DNA of 64,000 bases from the NCBI GenBank assembly GCA_040285855.1, contig JAUFOQ010000016.1, positions 682,001-746,000 on the forward strand, written 5' to 3'. Every line of letters starts with the position of its first letter. Position 1 is the first letter of the stretch. Under the pieces are notes generated by a model. The model searched no databases and was not told where the DNA came from. It saw only the letters and a list, made by a program, of their open reading frames with translations. Source of the stretch: Eukaryota sp. GEM-RC1. Lineage: Eukaryota. Positions 49,133 to 59,848 of the stretch are shown here, in pieces. A program made the translations under genes and the position numbers.

Positions 49133-50221
49133 ATGAGGCTTCGCCGAAGTAGTGTTCCCCGCAAGACCTCTAATGCACTCCCTCCTCATTTACGGCATGA
49201 TGCTGATCTGGATATAGATCTATTTCCTGAATCCATGTTCTACCATACAAGATTTCGTAGACCCTTGACTTTACAACACCTAGTGTTCTTTCTGTATCTA
49301 CCATTTGGCGTTCTTCTCTGTGTTTTACGAATTCTATTCATTCTCCTAGGGTCGTTATTCCTCTTTGATATGTCAAAGTTCTTCAAATGTGACTCTGTGT
49401 TTTTCAAGGTTTTCTCCTTTGTACTTGGTGTCAGAGTTCGCGTTGACAACCCTGAACTACTAAACGATGCTGATTACCGAATCATTGTATCCAACCATAT
49501 ATGTGAAGCTGACGCTCTCGCCATTGCTTCAGCCATGGGTAAGGTCTCTCTCATCGTTCCAGCATGGTATTCCAAGTTCATCTTAACTCGAAAGTTAACC
49601 AACTTGTACTACAACCCTATCTTTATCCAACCCAAGTCTTCCCGACACATTCTTCACGAAACTGTAACCTCTCATCTCCGAAACGACAGACCTTCCAGTC
49701 ATCTTCCTATTCTTCTTCACCCTGAAGGTGCTCTCACCAATGGAAAGATCGCTCTCATGTCCTTCAACAAGTTTATGTTTGGACTAAATGTCCCTATTAA
49801 GCCAGTGGCCATCCGCTGCCGTGGTTCCTTCCATTCTGTTCTAAATCTTGACCACCTAACTACACCAGTTAGCTACAACATAATCTGGCTTCTCATTCTA
49901 CCGTCAGTTTCTTGGAGAATCACGTATCTTCCAACTCAAACCTGTGGTGCGGACGAGGACAGCCTAGCGTTCTCTAAAAGAGTTCAAGGTCTGATTGCAG
50001 ATCAATTAGGACTTGATTGTAGTGATTATCATGTCAAACAGAAGTATTCATTGGTATTGAAACACATTAAGCTTCGCAGTGTTAGCTTTGATACGAAGGA
50101 AGAAGACTTTGGATGGTCATTCTCCTGGTTTTATTCGTGGAAGGTGCGTATTTCCTCAAGGAGAAGAAGGAAGAGAGATCGAAGTCCTAGAATTAGAGGA
50201 TTTTTGAAAAGATGGAAATAG
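49133..50221 (+). CDS. PlsC-family acyltransferase (AUP1/LPCAT-like)
   Basis: N-terminal hydrophobic hairpin, SNHICEAD (HX4D), HPEGALTNG, PIKPVA. Confidence 0.85.
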   Translation: MRLRRSSVPRKTSNALPPHLRHDADLDIDLFPESMFYHTRFRRPLTLQHLVFFLYLPFGVLLCVLRILFILLGSLFLFDMSKFFKCDSVFFKVFSFVLGVRVRVDNPELLNDADYRIIVSNHICEADALAIASAMGKVSLIVPAWYSKFILTRKLTNLYYNPIFIQPKSSRHILHETVTSHLRNDRPSSHLPILLHPEGALTNGKIALMSFNKFMFGLNVPIKPVAIRCRGSFHSVLNLDHLTTPVSYNIIWLLILPSVSWRITYLPTQTCGADEDSLAFSKRVQGLIADQLGLDCSDYHVKQKYSLVLKHIKLRSVSFDTKEEDFGWSFSWFYSWKVRISSRRRRKRDRSPRIRGFLKRWK

Positions 50222-50243
50222 CTATATTTTATTTCAGTATCAC

Positions 50244-51365
50244 TCAATCGACTTTCATGATTGAGATGGTTGTTCGATGGGCAACATAAACTTCATTTCC
50301 ATCACTTCGCAAACAACATCCACTTATGACTGCTGGAGAATGATGGTCAAAAATCAAGCGATGAGAGTCAATATCAATGATTATCACTCTATCATCAGAA
50401 TACATCAAAACTCTCTTTGCGCTACACGAAACATCTAAACCCTTGATAGCAAAACCTGACACAAACTTGTCAAAGGAAAACAAAGTGAGTCGATGCGGAG
50501 ATTCATCTAGTAACAACCTAACATTGAGATCGAAAACAACAACTTCATCTTTGCAAGCTACTGCTAAAACAGAGTTCCTTAAAGCCATTGCTTGGATCTG
50601 AGACTTTAAACCAGTAACAACTCCTCTTCTTGTCCACCCAGTCTTACTCCTGGGGTCACGAAGGACTAGATCAGCATCTGGAGCAAATCCAGCAATGATG
50701 ACGAGAGGAAGGGTAACATCACGTGATTGGTGATCATGGAAGGAACCGGCAACGATGGAAGTGTTGTGGAAACGTGTTGCAGGACTTCTAAAGACTTCAG
50801 AAAATGATGACGTGTCGTATATAACTGATTCTTCACGAGAAGATACTGTTAGAATTTGATCAGTGAGACAAATGTGCGAAGGTTCTAGTTTGAGACAGTT
50901 TTCTATCGAGGAAACTTGTTTACCAGCCTCATTATACACATTGATTGCGTTATGTCGGAAGGATATAGCAAGTCGAAGAGAAGAGTCTAATGAAGTAATA
51001 GAGCATAGTTCAGGAACACCAAGAAAATTGATAGACCTGAAAGGATAAGAGTTTTGAGAAGTGTCATATAAACGAATAGCCTTGTCAGTAACAGCCAATA
51101 ACTTGGATTTTTGGGAACAAGGAGTGCACATCGATGAGATCGGGCGATTTAGAGAAAGAGTTTTAATGATCCTAGGATCTTTTACTTCAGTGACAGTAGA
51201 TCGACGTCTGATTGTAGACTTCTGCGGTTTTGGAGAAGTTGACTTGGCTGAAGAAGAATCCGGAGGACTACGTGGTGCAGAACTTCGTTTGAAGTACTTG
51301 TATATTAGAAAAGTTAAGATCAGTGCAAAGAGTGCTGATCCGATGACATATACAGAGAGTAACAT
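50244..51365 (-). CDS. TBL2: TBL2-like WD40 protein with N-terminal signal anchor
   Basis: MLLSVYVIG... TM followed by a basic linker; AGFAPD and FDLNVR...ESPHRL parallel TBL2. An alternative upstream ATG at 51431 lies inside UNC119. Confidence 0.6.
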   Translation of the reverse strand: MLLSVYVIGSALFALILTFLIYKYFKRSSAPRSPPDSSSAKSTSPKPQKSTIRRRSTVTEVKDPRIIKTLSLNRPISSMCTPCSQKSKLLAVTDKAIRLYDTSQNSYPFRSINFLGVPELCSITSLDSSLRLAISFRHNAINVYNEAGKQVSSIENCLKLEPSHICLTDQILTVSSREESVIYDTSSFSEVFRSPATRFHNTSIVAGSFHDHQSRDVTLPLVIIAGFAPDADLVLRDPRSKTGWTRRGVVTGLKSQIQAMALRNSVLAVACKDEVVVFDLNVRLLLDESPHRLTLFSFDKFVSGFAIKGLDVSCSAKRVLMYSDDRVIIIDIDSHRLIFDHHSPAVISGCCLRSDGNEVYVAHRTTISIMKVD

Positions 51366-51377
51366 TTTTTTGCAAAA

Positions 51378-51920
51378 ATGTCCATCACACCTGAGGAAGT
51401 TCTGAACCACACTGAACCTTCTGCAACACATCTTTGCTCACTTGCTGATAACACTTATGGTCTGGATTTCCTAGAATTTCGAGTTCGTGACTTTGACAAC
51501 AAATCAGTGCTGTTCCAGATATCACGAGATACCGATGTTCCCACTGTTGGTACTGTTGAATTTGATACCACAGATCCCACACATAGAACTGTAAAATATG
51601 CTTTCCCTCAGAGGTTTCTAACACTTAAGAATGTTGGAACACAGTTGAAGTTTCAAACTGGAGATGCCCCCATAAGTAACCTTCGCTTAATTGAACGCTT
51701 CTATTTCAGAAATAGACTTATTAAGACTTTTGATTTCAAGTTTTCCTTCTGCATGCCTAACACTACTAATACTTGGGAAGCTATTTATGAAATGCCTAAA
51801 CTGTCCAATAGAGTTCAGAAAGACATGCTCGAAAATCCTTATGAAACTCAGTCAGATACCTATTATTTTGTAGAGGACAAGTTGATTTTGCACCAAAAGG
51901 CTTTTTATTCTTTCAAGTAA
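51378..51920 (+). CDS. UNC119: UNC119 lipid-binding chaperone
   Basis: ITPEEVL, NTYGLDFLEFRVRD, NLRLIERFYF, FCMPNTTNTWEAIY, PYETQSDTYYFV. Confidence 0.95.
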   Translation: MSITPEEVLNHTEPSATHLCSLADNTYGLDFLEFRVRDFDNKSVLFQISRDTDVPTVGTVEFDTTDPTHRTVKYAFPQRFLTLKNVGTQLKFQTGDAPISNLRLIERFYFRNRLIKTFDFKFSFCMPNTTNTWEAIYEMPKLSNRVQKDMLENPYETQSDTYYFVEDKLILHQKAFYSFK

Positions 51921-52152
51921 ATGTATCACTGTATTTTCTTTTCTTTTCTATTGTTTTAAACACATTGAGCGAAACAAACAATGTTCACTTGGAGACACTT
52001 TCTCTGACGAGCACTTAGTAGTGCCACTTACTGATAGTTGGGTTGTATGTGATCACCTTTGTAGCAATTATTCAAATTTGGACAGTGATTGGTGTTGTTG
52101 AATTCTGTAATTACAAGAAATAACTTGAGAACTGAAAGTAAGATTCTCCTCT

Positions 52153-53093
52153 ATGCCTAAACTCTTCAAAGTTGAACCTGCCAAAAGTTCACGCTCAGCC
52201 TGTCGTCACTGTAAAGACAAGATCGAAAAGGGAGTGTTACGTGTGGCCAAGGTAGTCTGGCGCAAGGTTCCTAAACGCGAGGAACCAGTGGAAAACTTCG
52301 AATGGTATCATCTTGAGTGTATCGATAAGGTCCCCTCTACTGCCATTGAAACTCCAGATGAGTTCATCTATGGATACTCCGATCTTTCCGACGAACAAAA
52401 AACCGATCTTATGGCACACTTTGAAGCTGTCAAGGTTGAGGTTGCTGCAACCGAAAAAGTCACTGAGACATTCGATGTCCCCCCTTATCAACCACCTACT
52501 TTAGGAATGAAAGAACACCTCCGTAAGAGAACGGTGGCCAAACTCAAAGAGGAGTTGGAAGCCAACGATAACCCCAAAACCGGCAAGAAGGACGACCTTG
52601 TTGAAAGAATAGCCGATGGTCGTACCAACGGCCGAATTCCTCAGCCGTGTCGTGCTTGCGGTGGTGGTAAAATCAAGTTCCTGCCCACATCACAAACTTA
52701 CTTCTGTCCTGGCTACTATGATGATACTGGTATGCAATCTTGCAACGTCAAATATCAGTGGAATGAAATTAAGAGAGAACCATGGACTTGGCCCTCTGAT
52801 GATAGTCAAGAAGCTGTAACCAAAGAAGAAGAACGTCTTCAGGCTGAACAGGCTGAAATTGAAGCTGCTGTAGAACTTCCCTCCGAAGAAGAATTTGTTG
52901 AAAAATCTGAGTCTGAGGAAGAATTTGTAGCTGATGAAGATGAAGAAGCTCCCAAAAACGTAAACCAAGAGCTCCTGTTAAAAGAAAGGCCCCCGCCAGG
53001 AGTCAGCGTAAGCCAACGAGACGAAGCTCCAGACAGACTGCAGCTAAAAAAAGAAAAGACGAAGATAGTGATGAGTCCGAGTATGAGGGTTAA
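52153..53093 (+). CDS. PARP-type zinc finger + PADR1/Zn3-domain protein with no catalytic domain; A-run indel near 52956
   Basis: VEPAKSSRSACRHCKDKIEKG...WYHLEC and LVERIADG...PCRACGGG...YFCPG...C. The repaired frame gives a basic/acidic tail ending at TAA 53093. Confidence 0.8.
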
Positions 53094-53345
53094 TCGATTG
53101 CAGGCCACTGTAATTTTTGTACTAAATATAACATTTTTTAGAAAAATTGGTTAAATTTGAATTTTTATAGTGAATCTAACTTTTTCACACATTGACAACA
53201 TACATTTGTACTTACTACATGTACCAGCAACACTACATGTAGTGGAAATGAATCGAAATTCATTATCTACTGTACATGTTCATATGCTGCACAGGCAACT
53301 TTAACAACTCCAATTGTGACTGTAATAGGGGCGTTGAGTTCTTAC

Positions 53346-53911
53346 CAATGTTCGCAAATCTTTGGTACGTGCCGATTTATTTTTTCCGTACCGATGTCAT
53401 TTGATTTTATATGTAGCGTATTTATGAATAATCTAAATGGATTTACAAATACTATTTGTTGAATGGAGGTTTATTCACCAGTCAAATACAGTACAGCTAC
53501 TGCATCTTCTGATCATTTAGAAATCCAATCTGTGGCTTTTGGTCCCTTTATCATTGTTATATTCCGTTGTAGTCACTCGTTAAGTGCATTGTGATTCGAC
53601 GATGCTACTACTATTGTTGATTTCGAGCGATTGCTGAGCTTCGTACGTACAAACGTCATTTTGGGGAAGTTGTGGTCCGCAAATGACGTACCCTAAATGT
53701 GAACACGTGTGACAATCACGATATTAATAGCCTGAACAGTGTTTAACGGTAGAATTTATGGCGATGATATCTGTTAAAATCTCACATTGGATCATCAGTA
53801 CTAATTTATTTTAGTCGGTCAAAAGTACAAAACCGCTACTTGTACCGTACATACATACATACGGCGCGGTACGCCTAAAATGGCCGCGGTACGGAACATT
53901 TGCGTTCCATG
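53346..53911. mobile_element. Old non-autonomous TIR element with GTAC-rich end (partial copies at ~7960-8340, 56430-56545 and around the LTR element)
   Basis: Imperfect TIR CAATGTTCGCAAAT / ATTTGCGTTCCATG; flanks GTTCTTAC and GTTCTATT (decayed TSD); shared TTTTAGTCGG(T/C)CAAAAGTACA. Confidence 0.6.
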
Positions 53912-54407
53912 GTTCTATTATAGTGAATCTATTACCGTCAAAAAATCCACACTTGTAACATTCTAGATAATTAATGTCTAACAAAACTTATTATGATACC
54001 CTAGTCACGTACAGATTCTTTAATCATCTTGGCAATTATTGGCTTCAAATTATTCAAGAAGACACCTCAGCGTCTTTAGAACTAATACAATTGTCGTTGC
54101 AATTGGGAAACTGCATTGTTCAATTCTTTTGTGTGTTGTTTGTTTCAGTTTCATACTTTGACTACTAGTAAGTCAGTTTTCGCTGTTTTTCTTTTTAAAG
54201 TTTATCAAATGATTTGGTATCAAAAATTCAAAACGAACCGTAGTTATTGAAAATAGTCATACTATAAACAGTGAAGAAACACATTCCCAAAATAATTTCC
54301 AATTGGTACTGGTTTTGGAAATGATAAAGATGTATGAAAATCATTGATCACAAGAACTTTCTTAGAATGTATTTCGAATAAAAACAACAAGAAGACCAAT
54401 TCTTTAT

Positions 54408-55388
54408 CTACATTTGAACTATTTTAGAAGATCGCTCCTTCAACTTATCTGTAACAAGACTAAACTCCTTGATAACCCCAGTACAAAGCCCACACAGTTC
54501 ATCCATATTACTTTTCTTAGTCGTAGATTCCAATATCAAAACTCCCTTATTCTGATCCAAGAAAGCAGCTAGTTTACCATCCATAATCATTGCTGCTAGA
54601 CGTCGTTCCACCAATTGTACTGCTAGTCCTAGTTTCTGAGCAATAACTGATATTTCAATAGCAGAATAAGGCTTGGTCAATACAATCAAATTGTACTCCA
54701 GCATTCTATCAGAAAGTATATCAAATTGATCCACGAGAACAGTACTTGTTTCCCCACTAAAGTACTCATCTAGAACTTGTTGAAACTGTCCCAAAGATCC
54801 AGAACTCTGGGCTTTACCCAGCTTCTGTAGCCCCTGGAGGGGTCTCCCATCATACTTAACTAGGATCCGATCGTTTAGGACCCCGGGTATATCCTGGGGT
54901 CTGTCCCCTGATAACTTGGAGAGTAACATGTACAAAAGGGTGGTATGAGCGGTTTCCTTTTCTTCAATACCATCGAGGGAAGTAAAAGCCTCCAGGAAGT
55001 AGGAAAATGCAGTGTTGGCGTCACCTTCTTCTAAATGTAGAATACCTGCTTGAAGATCGAGATTGGCAGCCTGTTTCGGTGGACAATAGATGGCGTTGGA
55101 TGCTGCTCTGGCAGCTGTGAGTGAGGCCTTTGCTTTTGAGTAATTCTTTAGTTCGGTAAACACCTTGGCTTCTAGAAGAGATACGTCGATCTGTAACGAT
55201 TTGTCATCGAGTTTTCGTACTTCAGTCAGAAGAGATGAAATAACGTTCAGAGAATCTTTGTACAACTTTCCACGGAGATATGCATCGGCGAGGGCAAGTT
55301 CTGTTTTACGTCGGAGAAAAGATCGAGTTTCAGAAGCTGCAACCGATTTAAGGTCTTCGATCTCTTGAAGAATAGATGTTGAGGTCAT
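54408..55388 (-). CDS. PSMD11: 26S proteasome lid subunit Rpn6, N-terminally short
   Basis: RSFLR, EVRKLDDK, KAKASLTAARAASNAIYCPP, TAFSYFLEAF, PCI domain. Confidence 0.92.
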   Translation of the reverse strand: MTSTSILQEIEDLKSVAASETRSFLRRKTELALADAYLRGKLYKDSLNVISSLLTEVRKLDDKSLQIDVSLLEAKVFTELKNYSKAKASLTAARAASNAIYCPPKQAANLDLQAGILHLEEGDANTAFSYFLEAFTSLDGIEEKETAHTTLLYMLLSKLSGDRPQDIPGVLNDRILVKYDGRPLQGLQKLGKAQSSGSLGQFQQVLDEYFSGETSTVLVDQFDILSDRMLEYNLIVLTKPYSAIEISVIAQKLGLAVQLVERRLAAMIMDGKLAAFLDQNKGVLILESTTKKSNMDELCGLCTGVIKEFSLVTDKLKERSSKIVQM

Positions 55389-55450
55389 TGACGAGGAATG
55401 TGAAGAATTGTCAGAAATCTGGACAAATACTTTCTTTCCTTAACATCTAA

Positions 55451-56098
55451 ATGTCTATCATGAGCTACAACGGTGGAGCGGTCCTTGCCATGGCTGGTAA
55501 GGACTGTGTTGCTATTGCATCCGATAAACGCTTCGGCGTTCAACAACAAATGATCGGAACTGATTTTGTCAAACTACTACCCATAAACTCTCGCGTCTTT
55601 GCAGGGTTCTCTGGTTTGGCTACCGATATCCAAACTCTGTGTGTTTAATTCTTTTCCACTCCTGATCTCAGCGCTGAGATCCTCACATTCCAATGTAACC
55701 TGTACAGACTACGAGAAGAGCGTGATATTCAACCCAAGACCTTTGCACATATGTTATCTTCAATACTTTATGACAAACGCTTTGCTCCTTACTTCAATGA
55801 ACCAATTGTTGCTGGTCTAAAAACCGACGACTCCCCTTACATATGTACAATGGATCTTTTAGGAACAATAACTGAGACAACTGACTTTGTGGTGGCAGGA
55901 ACTTGTACGGAGATGCTTTTGGGAACATCTGAGTCGTTGTGGAAACCTGATATGAATGAAGACGAGCTTCTGGAATGTGCCTCCCAGTGTTTATTATCTT
56001 CTGTAAATAGAGATGCTGTTTCAGGGTGGGGAGGACAGGTGAAGGTTATTACAAAGGACCGAATTAGAACAGTAGATTTGAAATCTCGATTAGATTAG
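55451..56098 (+). CDS. PSMB3: 20S proteasome subunit beta-3; 33-nt intron 55639-55671
   Basis: [29 protein letters not shown]; splicing restores [26 protein letters not shown]; ends RDAVSGWG...LKSRLD. Confidence 0.97.
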
Positions 56099-57149
56099 TC
56101 ATAAAGTTGATCCTTTCTCAGAACTTGGATATGTGTAGACTTGATGTGATCCACCCTGAGTACCAGTCTTCCATTGACTAGTACTGGGTTTAACCCAGGG
56201 TTCAACAGTGTTGTTAAATGTGCTTACAATTCAGTAATGCAATAAGTCAAAATGTGTGGTTCACACGATTTGATATAGAAGTTGATCATGAACAAAAATG
56301 TCCTCAAATTGTTTGTTGGATGAGAATAGGTCACCATTGCTCATGGTGATCTTCTTCTCTGTTTGATATCTAGAATCAAGTTGAACAGTAGAGTATAGGA
56401 TAATGATGACTGTTTAAGTCTCACAGTGGGTCATTATCTTCAAAATAGTAATGACTTGTTTTAGTCGGTCAAAAGTACAGTACCGTACATGATCCGTACG
56501 TATGGTATGGTTAAAATACCATCAGTACAGAACAATTACGTTTTACTTATACTGTACAATGGCTACTAGTATTTTAAACCCTCATTTGGCAAATTGGATC
56601 TTTCTGTACTGAATAGCATACAGTAGTTGTAAAATAACGGGCAAAATAATAATACCATACAGAATACAAAAGTACATGATACTCTATTAAGCGTATTTTT
56701 TACCTAGATAAGAGTTTATTTGCAACAATAGATCAATTCATACTAATTCAGAAAATGAAAGAAGTTTAATTCTCCACATCAACACGAGAAGTATCCCTAT
56801 ACAACTTCGAACATATGGAACATAAATATTTGGGAATGGTTCTATAAAGAGCGAACATATTTTTACCTTGTAATTTTCCAGTCTTAAAACTATGTGTATT
56901 GAGTCCATCGACTGCAAACCACGTGAATGACCTTCAGATCTATCATGGCTCAACTCTTCAATGTGCATCTTTAGAATTCTCTTCATTTTTCAACCCAATA
57001 GTACTTTCGTTTCTGAACTGCACTACGTGTCCAAATGTTCATATGTTCCACGGCAAGAACTGACTGCGCCGTCTACAATATCACTTTGGACATGTAAAGT
57101 GAAAGGTAGATCGATATCTTACAAATAAACAACCATACATTGTTTCAGA

Positions 57150-57910
57150 TCTCAGATTGTGAATCAATCTGTCTGTTGAATTCCAGTAATTGTCGTTGGA
57201 TTCAATCTGCTAAAGAGTTGGTATCATCTTTGTCTCCTGAAATGTGAGAATCTTTGTTTCCTGCTCACTTAAAGGAGACTCCTTTAAGAAATATTTCATC
57301 TTTAACGTCTGCTGTATGTAAACTGCAAAATAAATTGACAAAGGAGTTTGAACTCTTGGACTTTAACAATCCTATTAGCTTGGCTAAAACTAATGGTCCC
57401 GAGTTTTCTGCTTTTTTAATTGACCTTTGTAATAGTGGACCTTCTAGATTAATTTCTCAAATTCATAAGGTGTTTGGATTACAGCTATCTGATGAAGCTT
57501 GGATGATCAATATGCGTCTTCGTTTGGCTATTTGGCCTGCAAATTTATTGAACTATTCAACTTGCTCTTGTGGAGCTAATGGTGTTTTTCGTCATTTAAT
57601 TAATTGTCGCTATTTTAATTCATGATGGTGTACGCGATTCTTGTTATTCCATTTTTAAAGCACATAGTTTTCACTCTTAAGTTGAACCAGTTTTGAATCA
57701 CCTTTCAAAAAATGAATTTACAGATCAAAAAGAGGGAATCTCCATTCTCCATGGCTTAAATCTCATCAATCATGGATTTTACCACAGTAGATTTTTTGTA
57801 ACAATAAACCTCAATGTACCATCTCCATTAGCATGTTCGACAGTTTTTAATTTCATTAACTTAGTAACTTTGGTTGAATCGTATAATCTTCATAATCTTT
57901 AAAAAAATTG
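57150..57910 (+). mobile_element. RLE (CRE-like) LINE remnant with zinc knuckle and A-tail
   Basis: LQLSDEAWMINMRLRL...CSCG...RHLINC...HDGVRD; A-run at 57901. Confidence 0.7.
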
Positions 57911-57959
57911 TTTCTATTCTGTAAAAGTATACGGGCCTGACTTGGTTACGTTAACTGTC

Positions 57960-58064
57960 CCGGCTGTAGCGCAGTGGTTAATGGGTCATGCCAGAAGACA
58001 ACTTTGGATCGTCCCAATCACATAGCGAAGGTCATGTGAGTTCGAGTCTCATCAGCTGGTTTTT
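57960..58064 (+). other. tRNA-like Pol III unit (aberrant tRNA, pseudogene or SINE head); isotype not assignable
   Basis: 7-bp acceptor CCGGCTG/CAGCTGG, A box TAGCGCAGTGG, T arm GTGAG-TTCGAGT-CTCAT, T5 terminator. The D and anticodon stems do not pair canonically. Confidence 0.6.
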
Positions 58065-59848
58065 GAATCATTTTCGCAAAACTCATTGGAAAAGTACAAC
58101 ACTTTGGACAACTTTGATTAAATTCAACTGGAATATTATCTTGTAATCGGATGCAGACAAAAGAGTTCTTTCTGTCAACTCTGTTCAAATTTTTGTTAGG
58201 TTAGATCCTTGAATGACTCACTGAGCATTGTTGATTACACAATTTCTTCGTACAAATACAATTCCAGTGATGTTCATGATAACATTTGAAAGTTTTAGAG
58301 ATATACCACGGGATTCCGTTCAATCGACGTGAGAAGAATTGAATTAGCTGCAGCAAGAAATCAACATGGATTGAAGTAGAAGACAAAAACACAGCCAAAT
58401 CAGGATATGGAGATAAACAAAGCATCTAGAAAACTCAAGTACGGGCGATACAAGATCTTAAGATCAATAACTACTTGGCCTTTCAGTACTTTCGGTCTGT
58501 TTTGGATCGAAAATCATCTTAATCCATCTACTTACCTACTTACTGCTTGTAGTAAAATATTAGATGATTGATTTTCACCTTTGTGAATTCAATTTAGAAT
58601 CATAATTCGAATCACAATGAAGACATTTCTTTTCTTCAGCATTATCCAAAGGTGTGAACTCTCAGACGTGGAGTGGAGGGGTAAAAAAGGTGACACAGAT
58701 TGTTTTATTGTCAGTCATATGATATTGGGAGTAAGCTAAGAGGTGAAGGATCTCAATCATGTATTTCTTATGTCGATTTGGAAGACTTTTTAGTAAAGTA
58801 CAGGTAAATTGTTGGCTAAACTGATGGTAAGAAGTTCAATTAATGATTAGCTGACAAACACTCATATACATTGTCTCGTAGAATGCTTCACAATACCTCA
58901 ACATCCATTTTGACCAATATATTGGTATTGGTTTTCACCAGACAATCAATTTTGGTACATATTTATTATCAACATTTTATTGGCAATTCAATAATGCATA
59001 GCCCTGAGTATATCATTGTCTTGATCATAAACCCTGTTTTTTCCCAAACACGATAAAAATCTTGTAGAGCAAACACCTAAATTAGGTCTTATCTTGACCA
59101 TTAAGAGTCAAAAGGCCGAAATGTGCTTCACACCCAACATTGGATAGTTCTCTAGTCCTTCAATTTAATTTGCATTAGCTTTACAAAACAGGTAACACTA
59201 GTGTTTAACATTTTTTAAATACTAATGGAGGTATGAGTATGCACATATAGGATGGTCAAAGATCTCGTGTTGATGTACTTCTGTTCGAAAACGAAGCAGT
59301 TTTTGATGATGACAATGAAGATATCATATGCAACTGTGTTTTATTGGAAGATAAATTGCAAGTACATTAGTTCTTCTTGATGAATATATTGTATATTGTT
59401 GTCACAAACTAGTCTGACGATGAACAATACCCCAATTCTCTTGATGTTTTTGGGAAATTTCAACCTTTGGAATGGTTGAAAAAGTGTTTTGAAAAGGCAG
59501 CTGCTCAAAAAAGACGCCAAACTAAATAATGGCTTTGTGGAATTTGTTCGGGTATTTTAGATGTTTTGTTATGTTTAGTTTGGTTGTGAAACCCATATAA
59601 TTTTGGTCAATGTTAATTTAAATCAGAAAAAGTTCCCACCATGACTTTTGCGAAAGTTGTCTTAGGTCGAGTTATTTTGTATTTTTCTGTATTTTTGTAT
59701 TTTCTGTATTTTCTGTTTTTTTTCACAGGGAGTGGCTGCTAGTGTATTTTCCAAGTATGGTTAAAATCTCACATTGGATTATCATGTTCAAATTAGTAAT
59801 AATGTATTTTAGTCGGCCAAAAGTACAGTACCGGTACATGTACCGTAC

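Noticed and set aside
51366..51431. True coding overlap between TBL2-like and UNC119
   Set aside because: The extension is antisense to the conserved UNC119 N-terminus; ATG 51365 directly precedes the signal anchor.
1..51920. Functional clustering of ciliary or replication genes
   Set aside because: They are interspersed with unrelated genes; the density is unremarkable for a compact flagellate genome.
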